Of a DNA stretch of 64,000 bases, positions 38,425 through 52,820 are shown one piece after another. The DNA lies in contig OX597815.1 of assembly GCA_951406725.2 (NCBI GenBank), forward strand, positions 211,110,001 to 211,174,000, given 5' to 3'. Positions within the stretch are counted from its first letter, which is position 1, and every line of letters starts with the position of its first letter. The position numbers were made by a program, and so were the translations under genes. Source of the DNA: Octopus vulgaris (taxonomy: Eukaryota). The notes under the pieces were generated by a model. That model was not told the DNA's origin, ran no database searches, and saw only the letters and a list, made by a program, of their open reading frames with translations.

Positions 38425-38802
38425 TAGGTGTAGGAGTGGATGTGTGGTAAGTAGCTTGCTTACGAACCACATGGTTCCGGGTTCAGTCCCACTGTGTGGC
38501 ACCTTGGGCAAGTGTCTTCTGCTATAGCCTCGAGCCGATCAAAGCCTTGTGAGTGGATTTGGTTGATGGAAACTGAAAGAAGCCCATTTTATATATGTGT
38601 ATGTGTGTCTGTGTTTGTCCCCCCAACATCGCTTGACAACCGATGGTGGTGTGTTTACGTCCCCTGTAACTTAGCAGTTCGGCCATAGAGACCGATAGAA
38701 TAAGTACTAGGCTTACAAAGAATAAGTCCTGGGGTCGATTTGGTCGACTAAAGGCTGTGCTCCAGCATGGCCACAGTCAAACGACTGAAACAAGTAAGAG
38801 AT
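38425..38802 (+). mobile_element. SINE family B, full length
   Basis: tRNA-like head GGAGTGGATGTGTGGTAAG..GGTTCAGTCCC, CCTTGGGCAAGTG, tail CTGAAACAAGTAAGAG. Confidence 0.9.
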
Positions 38803-39742
38803 AACAATAACCATATCTCTTGTAATCATCGAGTTTTTATATTCTCAATTAAGATTATGAACATTATTTCTCTTATATCAATGGATTATATTAGTGCTTT
38901 AAATTTTCAAGGAATTAATTACAAGTCATTCTTCTTATTTTTACCTTTCACAGAAACTGAAATGCAAAATCAAAAAACAAAATATATTAATAAATTAACA
39001 TAATTTTCCCACTTAAACTTAAAAAGTACTTCCTTATTCATATATATTAATTATTTTTTATAATAGAGGATATTCCGATAATATGATCCTCATTATCCAC
39101 ATGGTGACAAAATATACTGAGGAATTTCTTTAGAATCATTCCTTTGGAAATATATCTTGTTATAATTATTTTTAAAATATATATAGAATGTAGTTAGATC
39201 TTGAAACGTATCATCCTTATATTTCAGTTTTGTAATTCCTGGGGTAACCAGTACTTTTTAAGTAACCTGTGGCAATCTCTCAAATGTGTACAGCAGATTA
39301 CTGATACATTTGTTAAGCATTGTCAAGATGTAGTTAATGTAATGACGTACCTAATACCACAAAAAATTGTTTCTTTCTCATATATTACAAAAAAAAACCA
39401 GTATAATTTGATGTTACTTTTTAAACCAGTTTTAATCAATGGATTATATTAGTGCTTCAAATTTTCAAGGAATTAATTACCAGTCATTCTTTTTTTTTTT
39501 GTTGTTTTTTCTCTCAAAATAACTTATATGTTTGCAAAGAAACTGAAATGCAAAAACAAAACAAAATATATTAATAAATAACATGAGTTTCTAAGAAGAG
39601 AGAAATTAGTAGCCTTCTTCGAAGTCTTCTAAAAATTTAGTTTTTAATTTGGCAAAATTGAAATTATTATAATTCCCCATTTTCTCTTTTTACCATTCTT
39701 TTTTTATTTATCTTAAATATTTTTTAACATCAGTGAACTCTG

Positions 39743-39791
<49 letters not shown>

Positions 39792-39813
39792 GCATAATAG
39801 TGGTTTTTCTCTA

Positions 39814-39851
<38 letters not shown>

Positions 39852-41508
39852 TGCATAATAGTGGTTTTTCTCTAATTTATATATATTATATATTATATAT
39901 ATATACATATACATACACACACACACACCTTAATTCCATAATATAAAATATTGGAGTATTGAATAAAATAAAATAGTAGAAAAATTCCATTTAGAGTTTT
40001 TCTCCATTTTCAAGCTTGTCTTATATGTATTATGATGATTTTAAGTACATTTTATAACACATTTTTGCCATGCTAATTAATGGTTTGTTATACATGTTCA
40101 TGTTTATGAAGAAGAGGAGTGTAAACAGGGATGTTGAGTAAAGTTTTTGCTTGCTTAAATTTGATGTATTTATATTTTATTATTAAGACTACTCTGCCGG
40201 TTTAAGACACAAATTTTACTAATTCTTTGAAGTTAAAAATTAAATTAATGTCGCTATAGAATATATCTTGATATCAAAATAACTTAATAGAATTCAAAAT
40301 AATTTCTTTTAATGTTAATTCACTAATTTAGGAGTTCAAAAAGCATAAAATATTATAAAGATGATATTTTAACTAACTGTCTTTAATGTATATGATACTT
40401 CAATCAACAAAAAAAAAAAAAGAAATATTTGAAATATAGAAAAAATACCCGAATGCAAATTACATTTCAATTCTAAATTTTAAAATTCCTCATAATTTTA
40501 AGAAACACAAAATGGTTTTGAGAAAAAAGAAAACAAATAATAATTTCTTACATAGACACAGGGCCAGGATTTGGTGGGGCATGAACTGTTGGTTATATTG
40601 AATCTAGTTCATGATGAGTATTTTTTAATGACTCCCCATCAGAATGTAAAGTGGATTTGTTCCCTTGGATAGATTTGAACTGAGAATGTAAAAGTCAGAA
40701 GAAATATTACAAGGCATTTTGTTAGACACCCTGACAATTTTACCGATCTGCCACATTTTGTAATCATTCTTTCTAAGCATGGCACAAAGCCAGTAATTTT
40801 GGGGAAAAAGATCAAGTTGATTACATTGACCCCCAGAACTAGTTCCTTATTTTTATCAATCCTGAAAAAAAATTAAAGGTAAAGTCAATTTTGGTGGAAT
40901 TTGAACTCAGAATGCAAGGTTCCAGAAGAAATACCACTCAGCATTTTACCATACCACCCTTATAATAATATTTCTAATTTAAATACAAAGCCAACAGTTT
41001 TAAGGAGAGAGGATAAGTAGATACCGTTGACCTAGTATTAGACTGGTACTTCTTTTTTCTCAAACCAAGTGAAATGAAGAGTGAAGTTGATCTTGGCAGG
41101 ATTTGAATTCAGAATGTAGAAAGATAGAATACTGCAAAGTATTTTGTCTAATGCTTTAATGCTTCTGCCACCCAACTACTTTAAGTCTTTGATTCTAATT
41201 CAGGCACAAGGCCAGCAATTTTGATGTGAGGGGTCAGTCAATATCATCAACACAGTATCTGACTGGCACTTTATTTTATTGACTTCCAGAGGGATGAAAC
41301 GTAAAGTTGGCCTCTGCAAATAATGCATAATACCTACATACATACAATGATGCCTTGTATCTTTGTTGGAAACCAGCTCCCTCCTCAGTGAAAGATTTAT
41401 AATAATTAAAAAATAGAAGAGACATACATATATATATGAGTGAGTGAGTGGACAAATGAAAGAAAATGACACTGAGCATATTTCGTTGGAACTACATATA
41501 TTATTTAA

Positions 41509-41913
41509 CTAGCAGTATCACCCGGCGTTGCTCAGGTTTATTTCGACCCTTTAGAATTGAAATTTTTGAAAAGTAAATATTTTGCATTATGTAGCTTGTT
41601 ATTCTCTTTAAGTGAACATTTTTCTGGTTGAAATACACTGAAAAATGGCGACACAGCAGTCAAAATTTCGTACAAAATAGTGATATTCATAGAAAAAAAA
41701 GCACCTTTTTGATGTAAACAATTTTTGGTGTTAACATGGTGCGATTTGAAATTTTGCTTCTAAGGAATGAAGAGCAAGCCTTCTTCTATCATACTCTCAA
41801 TTTTGGTCAACTTGCACTGCAGAGTCTCGGAGGCGACAGTGTTAGTTGAAGGCTACCAAACCTGCCATACACAGACAACTTCAGCTTTATATATATATAT
41901 ATAGAGAGAGAGA
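41509..41913 (-). mobile_element. Non-autonomous Helitron (second family)
   Basis: Minus strand A|TC(TC)n(TA)nAAAGCTG ... CCTGAGCAACGCCGGGTGATACTG-CTAG|T. Confidence 0.78.
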
Positions 41914-42769
41914 TAACAGTTAGACTCAGCTCCATACAAACTGAAGTTTCATCGGCTCATAAAATGAACCTATTTTGTCAAATGCCAAGAGAATAATCGT
42001 TTTACCTGATAAGATGGGATCTTTCTATGAGCGTACAAAAGCCATGAGGGTGAGTCAAGCTATTATTAAATAATACACACACATTTACTAGATAGATAGA
42101 TCTAGATAGACAGCAAAATACATACAACCTGAATAAAAAGATGCATGCGTATGTTATACAAACGCACGTGTGTGTATGTATGTATTTCTGTGTGTGTGTG
42201 TGTGTAGAATTTATTTTATTTATTTATTTTCATTGTAATCGAAAAAATTAAACTAAATAAGCATCTGATACAAAGGCTAATATCACTATGAAATGTGCTG
42301 TCAATAAGATAGCACGTGCACTGTAGTATATATACATGTGTTTGTAAATTTAATAATATTCTGTTATCTGATCATCATTATCATCAACATGCGTTTCGTT
42401 TCTGTTGACTGTTTCTTCTTTTTAAAGTTTGTGTATTCAACTACCTTTTGTGTTAACATTCCTGACATTTAAGATGAATATTTCCAATTCACAATAGATT
42501 TTCACAAACAATGGCTTATAAGTAGTTATTGGAAAAGTGGCCTTTCTTTTTTCTTTTTTTTTTTTGCTTCGCTTTGAAATATTTTAATATTCTATAAATT
42601 TTGTTTCTGAACAATTAAATTTATCAAACTTCTCTGAATATCCCAAACCAATCCAATAGTGAACAGAGACTGTAGAAGAAAGGATATGCTATTTATGCTG
42701 CTGAATTTGAAAAAATTCTGATCACTTTCTCATTGTGTATATATGTATACATATTTGTGTGTGATTGTG

Positions 42770-42814
<45 letters not shown>

Positions 42815-43267
42815 GTAGCTTTGTTTACAACACTATATGCATACAAGTATTGCAATTAAGAAGTTTGCTTTCCAGTCAAAATGTTTTAGGTTCAGTCCCA
42901 CTGTGTGGAACTTTGAGCAAATGGCTTTTGCTACAGTTCTGGGCCAACCAAAGCCTTGTGAGTGGGTTTGGTAGGTGGAAACTGAAAGAAGCAAGAGAGA
43001 CAGATTGTGTGTGTATGTTTGTGTCTCCTTGTCTTGACTTCTCATGATTGTTGTAAATGAATGTCATTTACTTCAAATTTTCTGTGAAAATATATCTAGT
43101 GTAGGGGAATATTACTTTGCTTGGAAACAGGTAAGGATTACCAATAGTAAGAGCATCCAACCATAGAAAAATCCTCCTAAATAAATTCCATTTAACCTAT
43201 GCAAGCATGAATAAGTAGACATTAAAATGATGATGATGATGAGTATCTACTTAACTATATACATACA

Positions 43268-43306
<39 letters not shown>

Positions 43307-43958
43307 CAATACCTTAAATTTTAACTACGTATAACATTACTATTTTTATCACTCTCAAAAGAGAGCAGGAGAGTGATGGTTGTAAAGTTCCAGGATATAC
43401 CCTCGAGGTACAAGGATTGGAATATAAATGAGATGGTAGAATAGAACGAGAGAGAGACAGATGGTGGTGAAAATGCTAGGATATACTCTCAAGGTATGGG
43501 GATCGGAATATAAATGGGATGGTAGAGTTTTGCCAAGGGTGCTTGAGTAGGGAGTAGGGACTTCACGTGGATGCAAAGATTGTAGGGGTTGGAAATGCAG
43601 TAACCGGTGAAATTTAGATATATAGAGGAGATGGGAGACAACAGGATAGCAATGATAGAGCGAATAGAGAAGAGATGAAAGAATTGGTGAAGGATAAGCA
43701 TAGTGAATGAAAAAGAAGAAACGTGAGGAAGAGAGGAGATGTAGTTTGGTTTGTTAAGGTGGGGTGTGTGAAAAATTTTATTGTTACATGTAGGTGAAAT
43801 GCACAGTGCTCCCAGAACTCAGTTTTGCTGAAGTGGGCAGGTCTTCTCTAGAACCATATATCACCAGACATCTCAGTCCGTTGTCATCTCCTCTGTGAGG
43901 CCCAACATCCTGAGATAGGTCTCATTACATAATATTTATGCATAAATATGCCCATACA

Positions 43959-44004
<46 letters not shown>

Positions 44005-44184
44005 CACACACATGTATACACATACACATAATATTTATGTATAAATATGACCACACTTATATATGTATGTGTGTGTGTTTATGTATACACACATACACAT
44101 AATGTTTACGCAGAAATGCCTATAAATGTGCGCATGTATGTATACACACATACATATAATGTTTATGCATAAATCTCTCTTTCG

Positions 44185-44238
<54 letters not shown>

Positions 44239-44244
<6 letters not shown>

Positions 44245-44414
44245 GAGGTGTGTGTATGTATATTTAGAGGTGTGTGTATGTATATTTAGAGGTGTGTGTG
44301 TGTATGTATATTTAGAGGTGTGTGTATGTATGTATATTTAGAGGTGTGTGTATGTATGTATATTTAGAGGTGTGTGTATGTATGTATGTATATTTAGAGG
44401 TGTGTGTATGTATG
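44239..44414. repeat. Minisatellite, 7 x TATTTAGAGG(TG)n(TATG)n
   Basis: Directly visible 22-30 bp units. Confidence 0.9.
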
Positions 44415-45314
44415 AATGTATGTATACACACATACATATAATATTTATGCATAAATGTCCATCAGTACACACACACACACACACATGCAACATATATACA
44501 TACGTATTCATATATGATGATGATGGTGTTAGACACACATGTACACAAGTGCATTAATATAACCTGATGTACATATTCATGCATAATCAAACACAACACT
44601 ACCTCCAATTAACGTATAAATTTTTTTTGATTTTGTTTTCTTTACACTGATCAAATGCTCCACGTTCACTGTGGGACATCAATCCACTATTTGTAAACAA
44701 GCTCTGTCTGATACTAGTGAAAATTAGCAAAACATCAACTTACAGCAATGTAATTCCATTTGTTTTTCGTTGTAAAGGAAGGATTGTCTGGAAAACAGTA
44801 TTTGATTAACCTCACCTATTATTAGACATTTTGCTTTTTGTTGTTGTTGCTGTTGTTATTTAGGAAGAGTTTTCTTCTCAGAGTATTTTTGTTTGTTTGT
44901 TAGTGCATGTATGGTGCTGTTTTAAAGTTTTTTTTTATTTAATGAGAAGTTTGGAATCGTTTTGTCAACAACGTAAGAGATAAAAATAATTTCCTACAGC
45001 AATAATAAATTAGTTTTTTTTAATATGGCTAGCTGACCAATTACTCTATTTGTTTTAAAACCACAGCACCTGGTCCTTTGGTTGTCTTTGGCAAAGTTCA
45101 TTTAACTACAAGCAGAAGGTCCAGCCCCTCCCTCCTCTGGATTCTTCTCCCCCTGTATATTTATTGTCATCTAGAGATTACTCTGTTCAGGCTGGACATC
45201 AGCAGCATCATTCAGGTGGAACCTGTTACTTCTCTCTTATTTGACTTATGAAAACAGAAAAATAGTTTTTGCTTATCTTTGAACAGCTAAAACATAATTC
45301 TTAAAAGCATGTAA

Positions 45315-45705
45315 AATCATCATCATCATCATTTAACGTCCGCCTTCTATGCTAGCATGGGTTGGACGATTTTGACTGAGGGCTGGTGAACCAGATGGCT
45401 GCACCAGGCTCCAATCTTGATCTGGCAGAGTTTCTACAGCTGGATGCCTTTCCTTACGCCAATCACTCAGAGTGTAGTGGGTGTTTTTTACGTGCCACCA
45501 GCACAGGGGCCAGTCAGGCGGTACTGGCAATGACCTTGCTCAAATCTTTTTACATATGCCAGGGGCACAGGTGCCAGTTAGGTGACACTGGTAATGATTA
45601 TTCTCGAATGGTACTCTTTTACATGCCACTGGCACAGAAGCCAGTTAGCCGCTCTGGCAACGATGATGCTCGGATGGTGCTCTTGGCACCCTACTAGCAC
45701 GGGCA
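45315..45705 (-). mobile_element. RTE LINE 3' UTR fragment
   Basis: (CAT)n then TTTAACGTCCG..ATGCTAGCATGGGTTGGACG, as at 33441. Confidence 0.8.
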
Positions 45706-45905
45706 GACAGAATTAATTTATTATGGGCAATTTGTCCATTTTATCAGTTCCATCATCTTTTGCTCTTTTTTGACTAATAATGGTCTGTTACAGTGGCACG
45801 AGGATAGAAGTATAGGAGCAATCTATAGATAACTGGATAAACACATTGTATGCTATGGATATTTATTTTTATCGACCATAGAATATTCGATGGAAAAGTT
45901 GAATT

Positions 45906-46295
45906 ACTCTTTTACTCATTTCAGCCATTTGACTGTGGCCATGCTGGGGCACTGCCTTTAGTCGAGCAAATAGACCCAGGACTTATTCTTTGTAAGCCTA
46001 GTACTTATTCTATCAGTCTCTTTTGCCGAACCGCTAAGTTACGGGGACGTAAACACACCAGCATCGGTTTGGGGGGACAAACACAGACACAAACATATAC
46101 ACACACATACATATATATATATACATACATATATACGACAGGCTTCTTTCAGTTTCCATCTACCAAATCCACTCACAAGACTTTGATCGTCCTGCGGCTA
46201 TAGTAGAAGACACTTGCCCAAGATGCCATACAGTGGGACTGAACCAGAAGCATGTGGTTTGTAAGCAAGCTACTTACCACACAGCTACTCCTACA
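45906..46295 (-). mobile_element. SINE family B
   Basis: Reverse complement of the family B consensus. Confidence 0.9.
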
Positions 46296-46780
46296 CCAAA
46301 TTACACACAATTTGAAAGAGAAAATACACTGTATTTTCTGGCATACAAGGCAACTTTTTCAGACCAAAATTCACAGTTGGGCAATGCAGGTCAACTTATA
46401 CATCAAGATGACTTTGGAACACCAAAAATTTCATGTGAAATGCACCAGGATTTGAAAAGATAGTGATGATGTTTGAATGTTAACTCTATATACAAGGCTG
46501 ACTTGAATGCTGGAAAATACAGCAAAGAGAAATAACTGCATGCTGCAAGCCTTTAGTTCCACATTTTACTGTTTTCTTCTTTTTTTTTTACCCAATTCTA
46601 CGGCTCTCTAAATACTAATATTGGTCATAATGATTCCTAACATTGATATAAGGTCATAATTTTTTTGGTGAGGGTATAGTTACTTAACCCAGCATCAGTA
46701 TACTAATGGTAATTATTTTGTTGCAAAAACTGGAGAAGGTCTTGGTGTAGTGGATTTGAAACCAGTATGTTAAGTTAAGT

Positions 46781-47092
46781 TAATTTTTTGGCTCAAAAAG
46801 CAAAAAGCAAGGCCATGTAGGGGGACATGGAGTTATGTACAGGGTGGTGTTCATGCAAAGAGTTCAGGCCATTTGTGGTCAAGGGAGACTTTGAACTGAG
46901 CGGTCATCGGCATCTTCACTATCTCGTCCGGCAGCTTATTCCACGGATCTGCAACCCGGACGGAGAAAGCCCCTCTCCTTCAATTGAGATGAAATCATCG
47001 CAGATAGAGCTTTTTGGAGTCACCCCGCAGCCAATGCTCTGGAGCAGGAGTGAAGAACAGCTCTTTCGAGAGGTTACACTTTCCGCTTATGA
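46781..47092 (-). mobile_element. CR1-group LINE 3' end
   Basis: Minus translation LFFTPAPEHWLRGDSKKLYLR*FHLN*RRGAFSVRVADPWNKLPDEIVKMPMTAQFKVSLDHKW matches the CR1 'RGH..KL...R..FS.RV...WN.LP...FK..LD' motif. Confidence 0.85.
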
Positions 47093-47593
47093 GAAAGGAG
47101 AAATATAAGGTATTTTTGTATTGTTCAACTATTTCTGCCTTTCAGTTATGAAAATGATAATCAATTTTCTCATAAGCACTAAGCTAAAAATGTATGGGGC
47201 AGAAAATAATCAATTAAATTTATTGGTTGATTAAATCTTGATTTCTGTTTTATTTTATCAATTCCATGAGAATGAAAGGTAAAGTTAACTTCAATAGATT
47301 TGAAGGGAACACAAAGAGATAGAACAAATATTGGTTTCAAATTTTGGTGCAAGGCCAGCAATTTCAGGAGTGGGGCTAAGTCTATTACATCAGCCCAAGT
47401 GGTTAACTGGTACTTATTTTAATGACCCTCTAAAGGATGAAACACAAAGTTGACCTCAGCAGAATTTGAAGTCAGAACAAAAAGGCAAGTGAAATACTGA
47501 CAAGCATTTTGCCTGACATGCAAACAATTCTGCCACTTGCTGCCATAGTAACAGAATAAAAATTACAAAGCATTTTGTCAGACACTAAAAGTT

Positions 47594-48004
47594 CTGAGAG
47601 GTAATGTTTATTGCCACTTAAACATAGTTGTTCCATAGGAACCAATGTTAATGCTGTTTTTAACCACAGGAGAATGCCTCCTCCAGCTTGGCTGTTTGAT
47701 GCAATCTGCACCCAATATATATTGCAAGCAGAGGAGCAAACCCCAAGCATCTTCCATCCACGTGACCATCTGACCATGGTCATCCTCAGTGGTTGATACT
47801 CATCCACTACAGATAGCAGTAGTTCACAATGAGTGGTCTCATAGCTGAAAGACGGTAGGGATTCACTCCCCTGCTTGCAATATATATCAGGTACTGATTG
47901 CATTGAATAACCAGCTGGAGGTGTTCTCCTGGGGTTAAAAATAACAGTAACATTGGTTCCTATGGAACAGCCATGTTCAAATAGCAATAAACATTACCTA
48001 TCAG
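47594..48004. mobile_element. Foldback MITE with ~170-bp imperfect terminal inverted repeats
   Basis: AGGTAATGTTTATTGC..GTTCCATAGGAACCAATGTTA..TATATATTGCAAGCAG mirrored by CTGCTTGCAATATATA..TAACATTGGTTCCTATGGAAC..GCAATAAACATTACCT. Confidence 0.85.
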
Positions 48005-48227
48005 CTTTCATCTCTTATAGAAATTTTCTAGCTTAGCTAATTTACTAAGTTTTATTCTACAAAGTTACCACCTTATTAAAGATAATAACTATAATAATTT
48101 TACTTTATTACTGAAATAACAATATTGATAATAATGACTTGAGTACAATATCAAGATTTATAGAGAAGAGGTATAGTGTACTGAATTAACTATAGTGTAT
48201 TACAGGTATTTATTGAATCCTTGAGAT

Positions 48228-48590
48228 GTGGTGAGCTGGCAGAATTGTTATCATGTCAGGCAAAATGCTTAGCGAGATTTCATCCGTCTATCACATTCTG
48301 AGTTCAAATTCTGCCAAGGTTGACTTTGCCTTTCATCCTTTTAAAGGCGGCGAGCTGGCAGAATCGTTAGCACACCAGGCGAAATGCTTTGTGGTATTTA
48401 ATCCGCCGCTGCGTTCTGCGTTCTGAGTTCAAATTCAGCCGAGGTCGACTTTACCTTTCATCCTTTCGGGGTCGATAAATTAAGTGCCAGTTACGCACTG
48501 GGGTCGATGTAATCGACTTAATCTGTTTGTCTGTACTTGTTTGTCCCCTCTATGTTTAGCCCCTTGTGGGTAGTAAAGAAATAGGTATTT
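48228..48590 (+). mobile_element. Two SINE family A copies (young copy next to or inside an older one)
   Basis: Heads at 48228 and 48346; flanking direct repeat AGGTATTTATTGAATCCT near 48204 and 48583. Confidence 0.85.
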
Positions 48591-48842
48591 ATTGAATCCT
48601 GCTACATGTAAAGCAGACAGGACTTGAATGTGGTATCATCATCAATTTAACATCCACTTTTCTATGCTTGCAAAGGTCAAACAATTTATTGAGGTAGATT
48701 TTTCTACAGTCTGATGCTCTTCCTGTTGCCAACTCTCAACTGTTTACAGGCAAGGTAATATTTCCACTGAATATTGGAAAGGAATGACATTGCTTTTATG
48801 ATGCCAATCATTTTACAACTATTGTGTAATGCCAAAGAAAGG

Positions 48843-48877
<35 letters not shown>

Positions 48878-50002
48878 TATTTATTTATTATACATATTCA
48901 GTGGTCCATCTACCAAATCCACTCACAAGGCTTTGATTGGCCTGAGGCTATAGCAGAAGACACTTGTCCATGGTGGCACACAGTGGAACTAAACAATGTA
49001 GTTGGAATGCAAACTTCTTTCCACTTTGGAATGATAGTTAATTACAACCAGGCATTTAGTTTGACACCGTACCATTTCTACAAAATATTCCTTTGAGAAG
49101 GGGATAAATATTCAATGATAAAATTTCATTTGACACTTTAAATTTGCAGATAACGTCATTCCACATTACTTATATGATTCCTTCTCTTGAGAATGGTTTG
49201 CACATCACAAACCATGTTTTCATAAGGACCTTAACAACGAACTTGAAATGAATAGAAAACAATCAAGAACTGAAATGGAGCAAATAATAATTTCTGTTAC
49301 CGCAGCAGGAAACAAGTTTATGCCTTGAATCAATATAGGCAATCAACTATTCATTTATTCCTTTATGGGTTTCAGACTTTGGACTTCAGCCATGTTGTAG
49401 CAGCATGTTATTGAGGTTTTAGTAGATTTTATCAGCCTCAATACAAATTCTGGCACTTATTTTGACAATCTCTATTTATCAAATGGCTAATTCATGTCGT
49501 AGGATGAAATTCAATATAAAGTATCTTTGTTTGAAATACCTATTTACATACGTTCATTTATACAGACGCATGGATATACATACATATGTAAAATGTTTCT
49601 GTACAGGTGTTGTCTTATAAGTTTTAACTCACAAGACAGAGGCCAACCAAAGCTATGCCAGAGAATGCTGAACCAAGAACCACATGGTGAAACAGTAAAC
49701 ATCTTAACCATATGACCATCCTCTCTTCACCAAATAATTATTAATTTAAAATTTTGGCACAAGGCCAGCAATTTCAGGGGAGGGGTTAAGTTGATTACAT
49801 CAGTTCCGGTGTTCAACTGGTACTTATTTTATTAACCCCAAAAGGATGAAAGGCAAAACTGACTCAGAATGTGAAGATGAACGAAATTGTGCTAAAACAT
49901 TTCACCTTGCATATTAACAATTCTGCCAACTCACTGCTTTGCCCCAGAAGAAGGAAAGATAAGATTGACTGTTGCAGAATTTGGACATGAAAGTAGATAT
50001 TC

Positions 50003-50920
50003 TCTTTACTCTTTTACTTGTTTCAGTCATGTGACTGTGGCCATGCTGGAGCACCGCCTTTAGTCGAGCAAATCGACCCCAGGACTTATTCTTTGTAAGC
50101 CTAGTACTTATTCTATCAGTCTCTTTTGCCGAACCGCTAAGTTACGGGGACGTAAACACACTAGTATCGGTTGTCAAGCAATGTTGGGGAGACAAACACA
50201 GACACAAACATACACACACACACATATATATATACACATATATACGATGGGCTTCTTTCAGTTTCTATCTAACAAATCCACTCACAAGGCTTTGACCCTT
50301 GCCCAAGGTGCCTCGCAGTGGAACTTGAACTCAGAACACAAAAGGCAAGACACATGCTAATAAATCTGCCAGCTCGCAACCTTAGAGAGAATAATCCTGA
50401 AATTTGTAGGGAGAGGACTAGTTGATTTCATCGATGCTAGTGTTTCACTGGTACTTAATTTATCGACCCCAAAAGGATGAAAAGGAAAGTCGACCTTGGC
50501 AACATTTTGAGCTCAGTACATAGCAATGGGGGAAATACCTATTTCTTTACTGCCCGCAAGGGGCTACACACAGAGGGGACAAACGTATTAAGTCAATTAT
50601 ATTGACCCCAGTGCGTAACTGGTACTTATTTAATTGACCCCGAAAGGATGAAAGGCAAAGTCGACCTCGACGGAATTTGAACTCAGAATGTAATGGCAGA
50701 CGAAATACCTATTTCTTTACTACCCACAAGGGGCTACACACAGAGGGGACAAACAAGGACAGACAAACGGATTAAGTCAATTATATCGACCCCAGTGCGT
50801 AACTGGTACTTATTTAATCGACCCCGAAAGGATGAAAGGCAAAGTCGACCTCGGCGGAATTTGAACTCAGAACGTAGAGATGGACAAAATGCTGCTAAGC
50901 ATTTCGCCCAGCGTGCTAAC
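50003..50920 (-). mobile_element. SINE B followed by a tandem array of three SINE A units
   Basis: Family B at 50003-50320; repeated GGATGAAAGGCAAAGTCGAC units near 50475, 50646 and 50830. Confidence 0.85.
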
Positions 50921-52374
50921 AATGATAACATCAATAGAATTCTTATATTAGGATTAGGTCTTTAATTTTATCAAATAGTATTTAGTGTACTTTTGAGTCT
51001 CAGTGCACCACTTGTACTTGCATTGTGAAGTACTGCACACACTGAAACATTTTTCAATCATTTTAATTTGCAAATATATACTTAATAGGTAGCATAGCTT
51101 TGAACTTAAAATATTTTTGCTTAGAGCATCAAATACTCCCTCAGTGGTTGGGGAAAAATTAGAGGCAAAGTTGCTTGGAGCATATTATCATTTCTTATCA
51201 TCCAGTCAACATCAGGTGTGTAATACAGGAAAGGATTGGATGTTGGACAGGGATTTTTCATTTAATCCATTTTGGTAATATACGCAATTTCTTATTTATA
51301 TCACTTTCGACTTAGAGGCATCCTGCAAATTACCTGGAGCTTAGCACAGTGTTGATAACATTAAAACGTTCACAGCCATTACACCACTACAAACACTATT
51401 GGAGGTTGTTAAACCTGTGAGGAATCACACATCTTATAATGTGTGACGTTTTAGATTTTGTTTCAGATATACTGAACCTGAGCAAAAGAAATAACATGGT
51501 CATGGATAGCGTACATTTCATCATAGGTCTACTCAGGTAGGCATGAGCTGGAGTTAAAGGACAGCAATATACTAATAATCCTTTCTACTCTAGGCACAAA
51601 ACCTGAAATTTGTGGGGAGAGGATAGCTGTTTACATCCACTCTAGTAGCATGGCCTGCTAGCTCTTTTAAACATATAAGAATTCTAGTGAAATAAATCCG
51701 CTGATTACAAAAATAGAAATATTACATTTCTAAATACCTCAGAGAGATATATGCAGTAGTGGTACGATAGAGTAGTTGTATACCGTCAACTTAATGTGAC
51801 AGTCCCATGAAGGGAATCACACTACTGCTATTTAGCCCTAGGAAGCAGCAACGCTTTCTGTCAGCTTTGACACATTTCCTGGATGCAGGCTTAGCTGAGT
51901 GGAGGTGCTTCTCTCCCTCTTGTAAACATACGGACACAGGAAATGTGCTGGCAATGACAAGCGACTGAGACCTTTGGCAATATGCCACGCTCGAGTAGCC
52001 CAATCAAGCCAAGTGAGATCATAATCATGGCCGATGCCAGTGTTTTATAACTGGCATCTGTGCCAGTGGCATGTAAAAAACACCCACTACACTCTTGCTG
52101 TGGTTGGCATTAGGAAGAGCATCCAGCTGTAGAAAACATGCCAAATCAGGTTGGAATCTGGTGCAGCTTACTAGCTTTCAGTCAAACTGTCCAACCCATA
52201 CCAGAATGGAAGACAGGTGCTAAATGATGATGAATGTAAAGCATTTTGCCAGGTGTGCTAACGACTCTACCTGCCTACTGCCTTCCACAATATACTAATT
52301 ATAAAAATAATGATAATTTCTCTTTTAAGAGAGAGGTCAGAAAAATGAAGAAAGGAACAAGTATGTATATAATA

Positions 52375-52625
52375 AGGCGGCGAGCTGGCAGAAAGGCGGC
52401 GAGCTGGCAGAAACGTTAGCACACCGGGCGAAATGCTTAGCGGTATTGCGTCTGTCATTGCGTTCTGAGTTCAAATTCCGCCGAGGTCAACTTTGCCTTT
52501 CATCCTTTTGGGATCGATAAATTAAGTACCAGTTACGCACTGGGGTCGATGTAATCGACTTAATCCGTTTGTCTGTCCTTGTTTGTCCCCTCTATGTTTA
52601 GCCCCTTGTGGGCAATAAAGAAACA
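52375..52625 (+). mobile_element. SINE family A with duplicated 5' 20-mer
   Basis: AAGGCGGCGAGCTGGCAGAA occurs twice, then the full body. Confidence 0.9.
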
Positions 52626-52820
52626 GATATGTATATTCCTCCTAAAATTTCACTGGAACTTTATTTTATTTTTTGTTTTTAGACTTGGTTTGAAAGATTC
52701 TTTATGAGTTCGTGTGTTAAAGCATATTCTGTTGTCTGGGGAAAATCATTTTTTTTGTGCCTTATAATGTAACACATTCACCGGTAAAATTTCCACTTAT
52801 CTCTTATTTTTATTTTCCCA

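Noticed and set aside
43355-43740. Purine-rich segment possibly derived from a Penelope reverse transcriptase
   Set aside because: Too degenerate to assign any diagnostic motif by eye.
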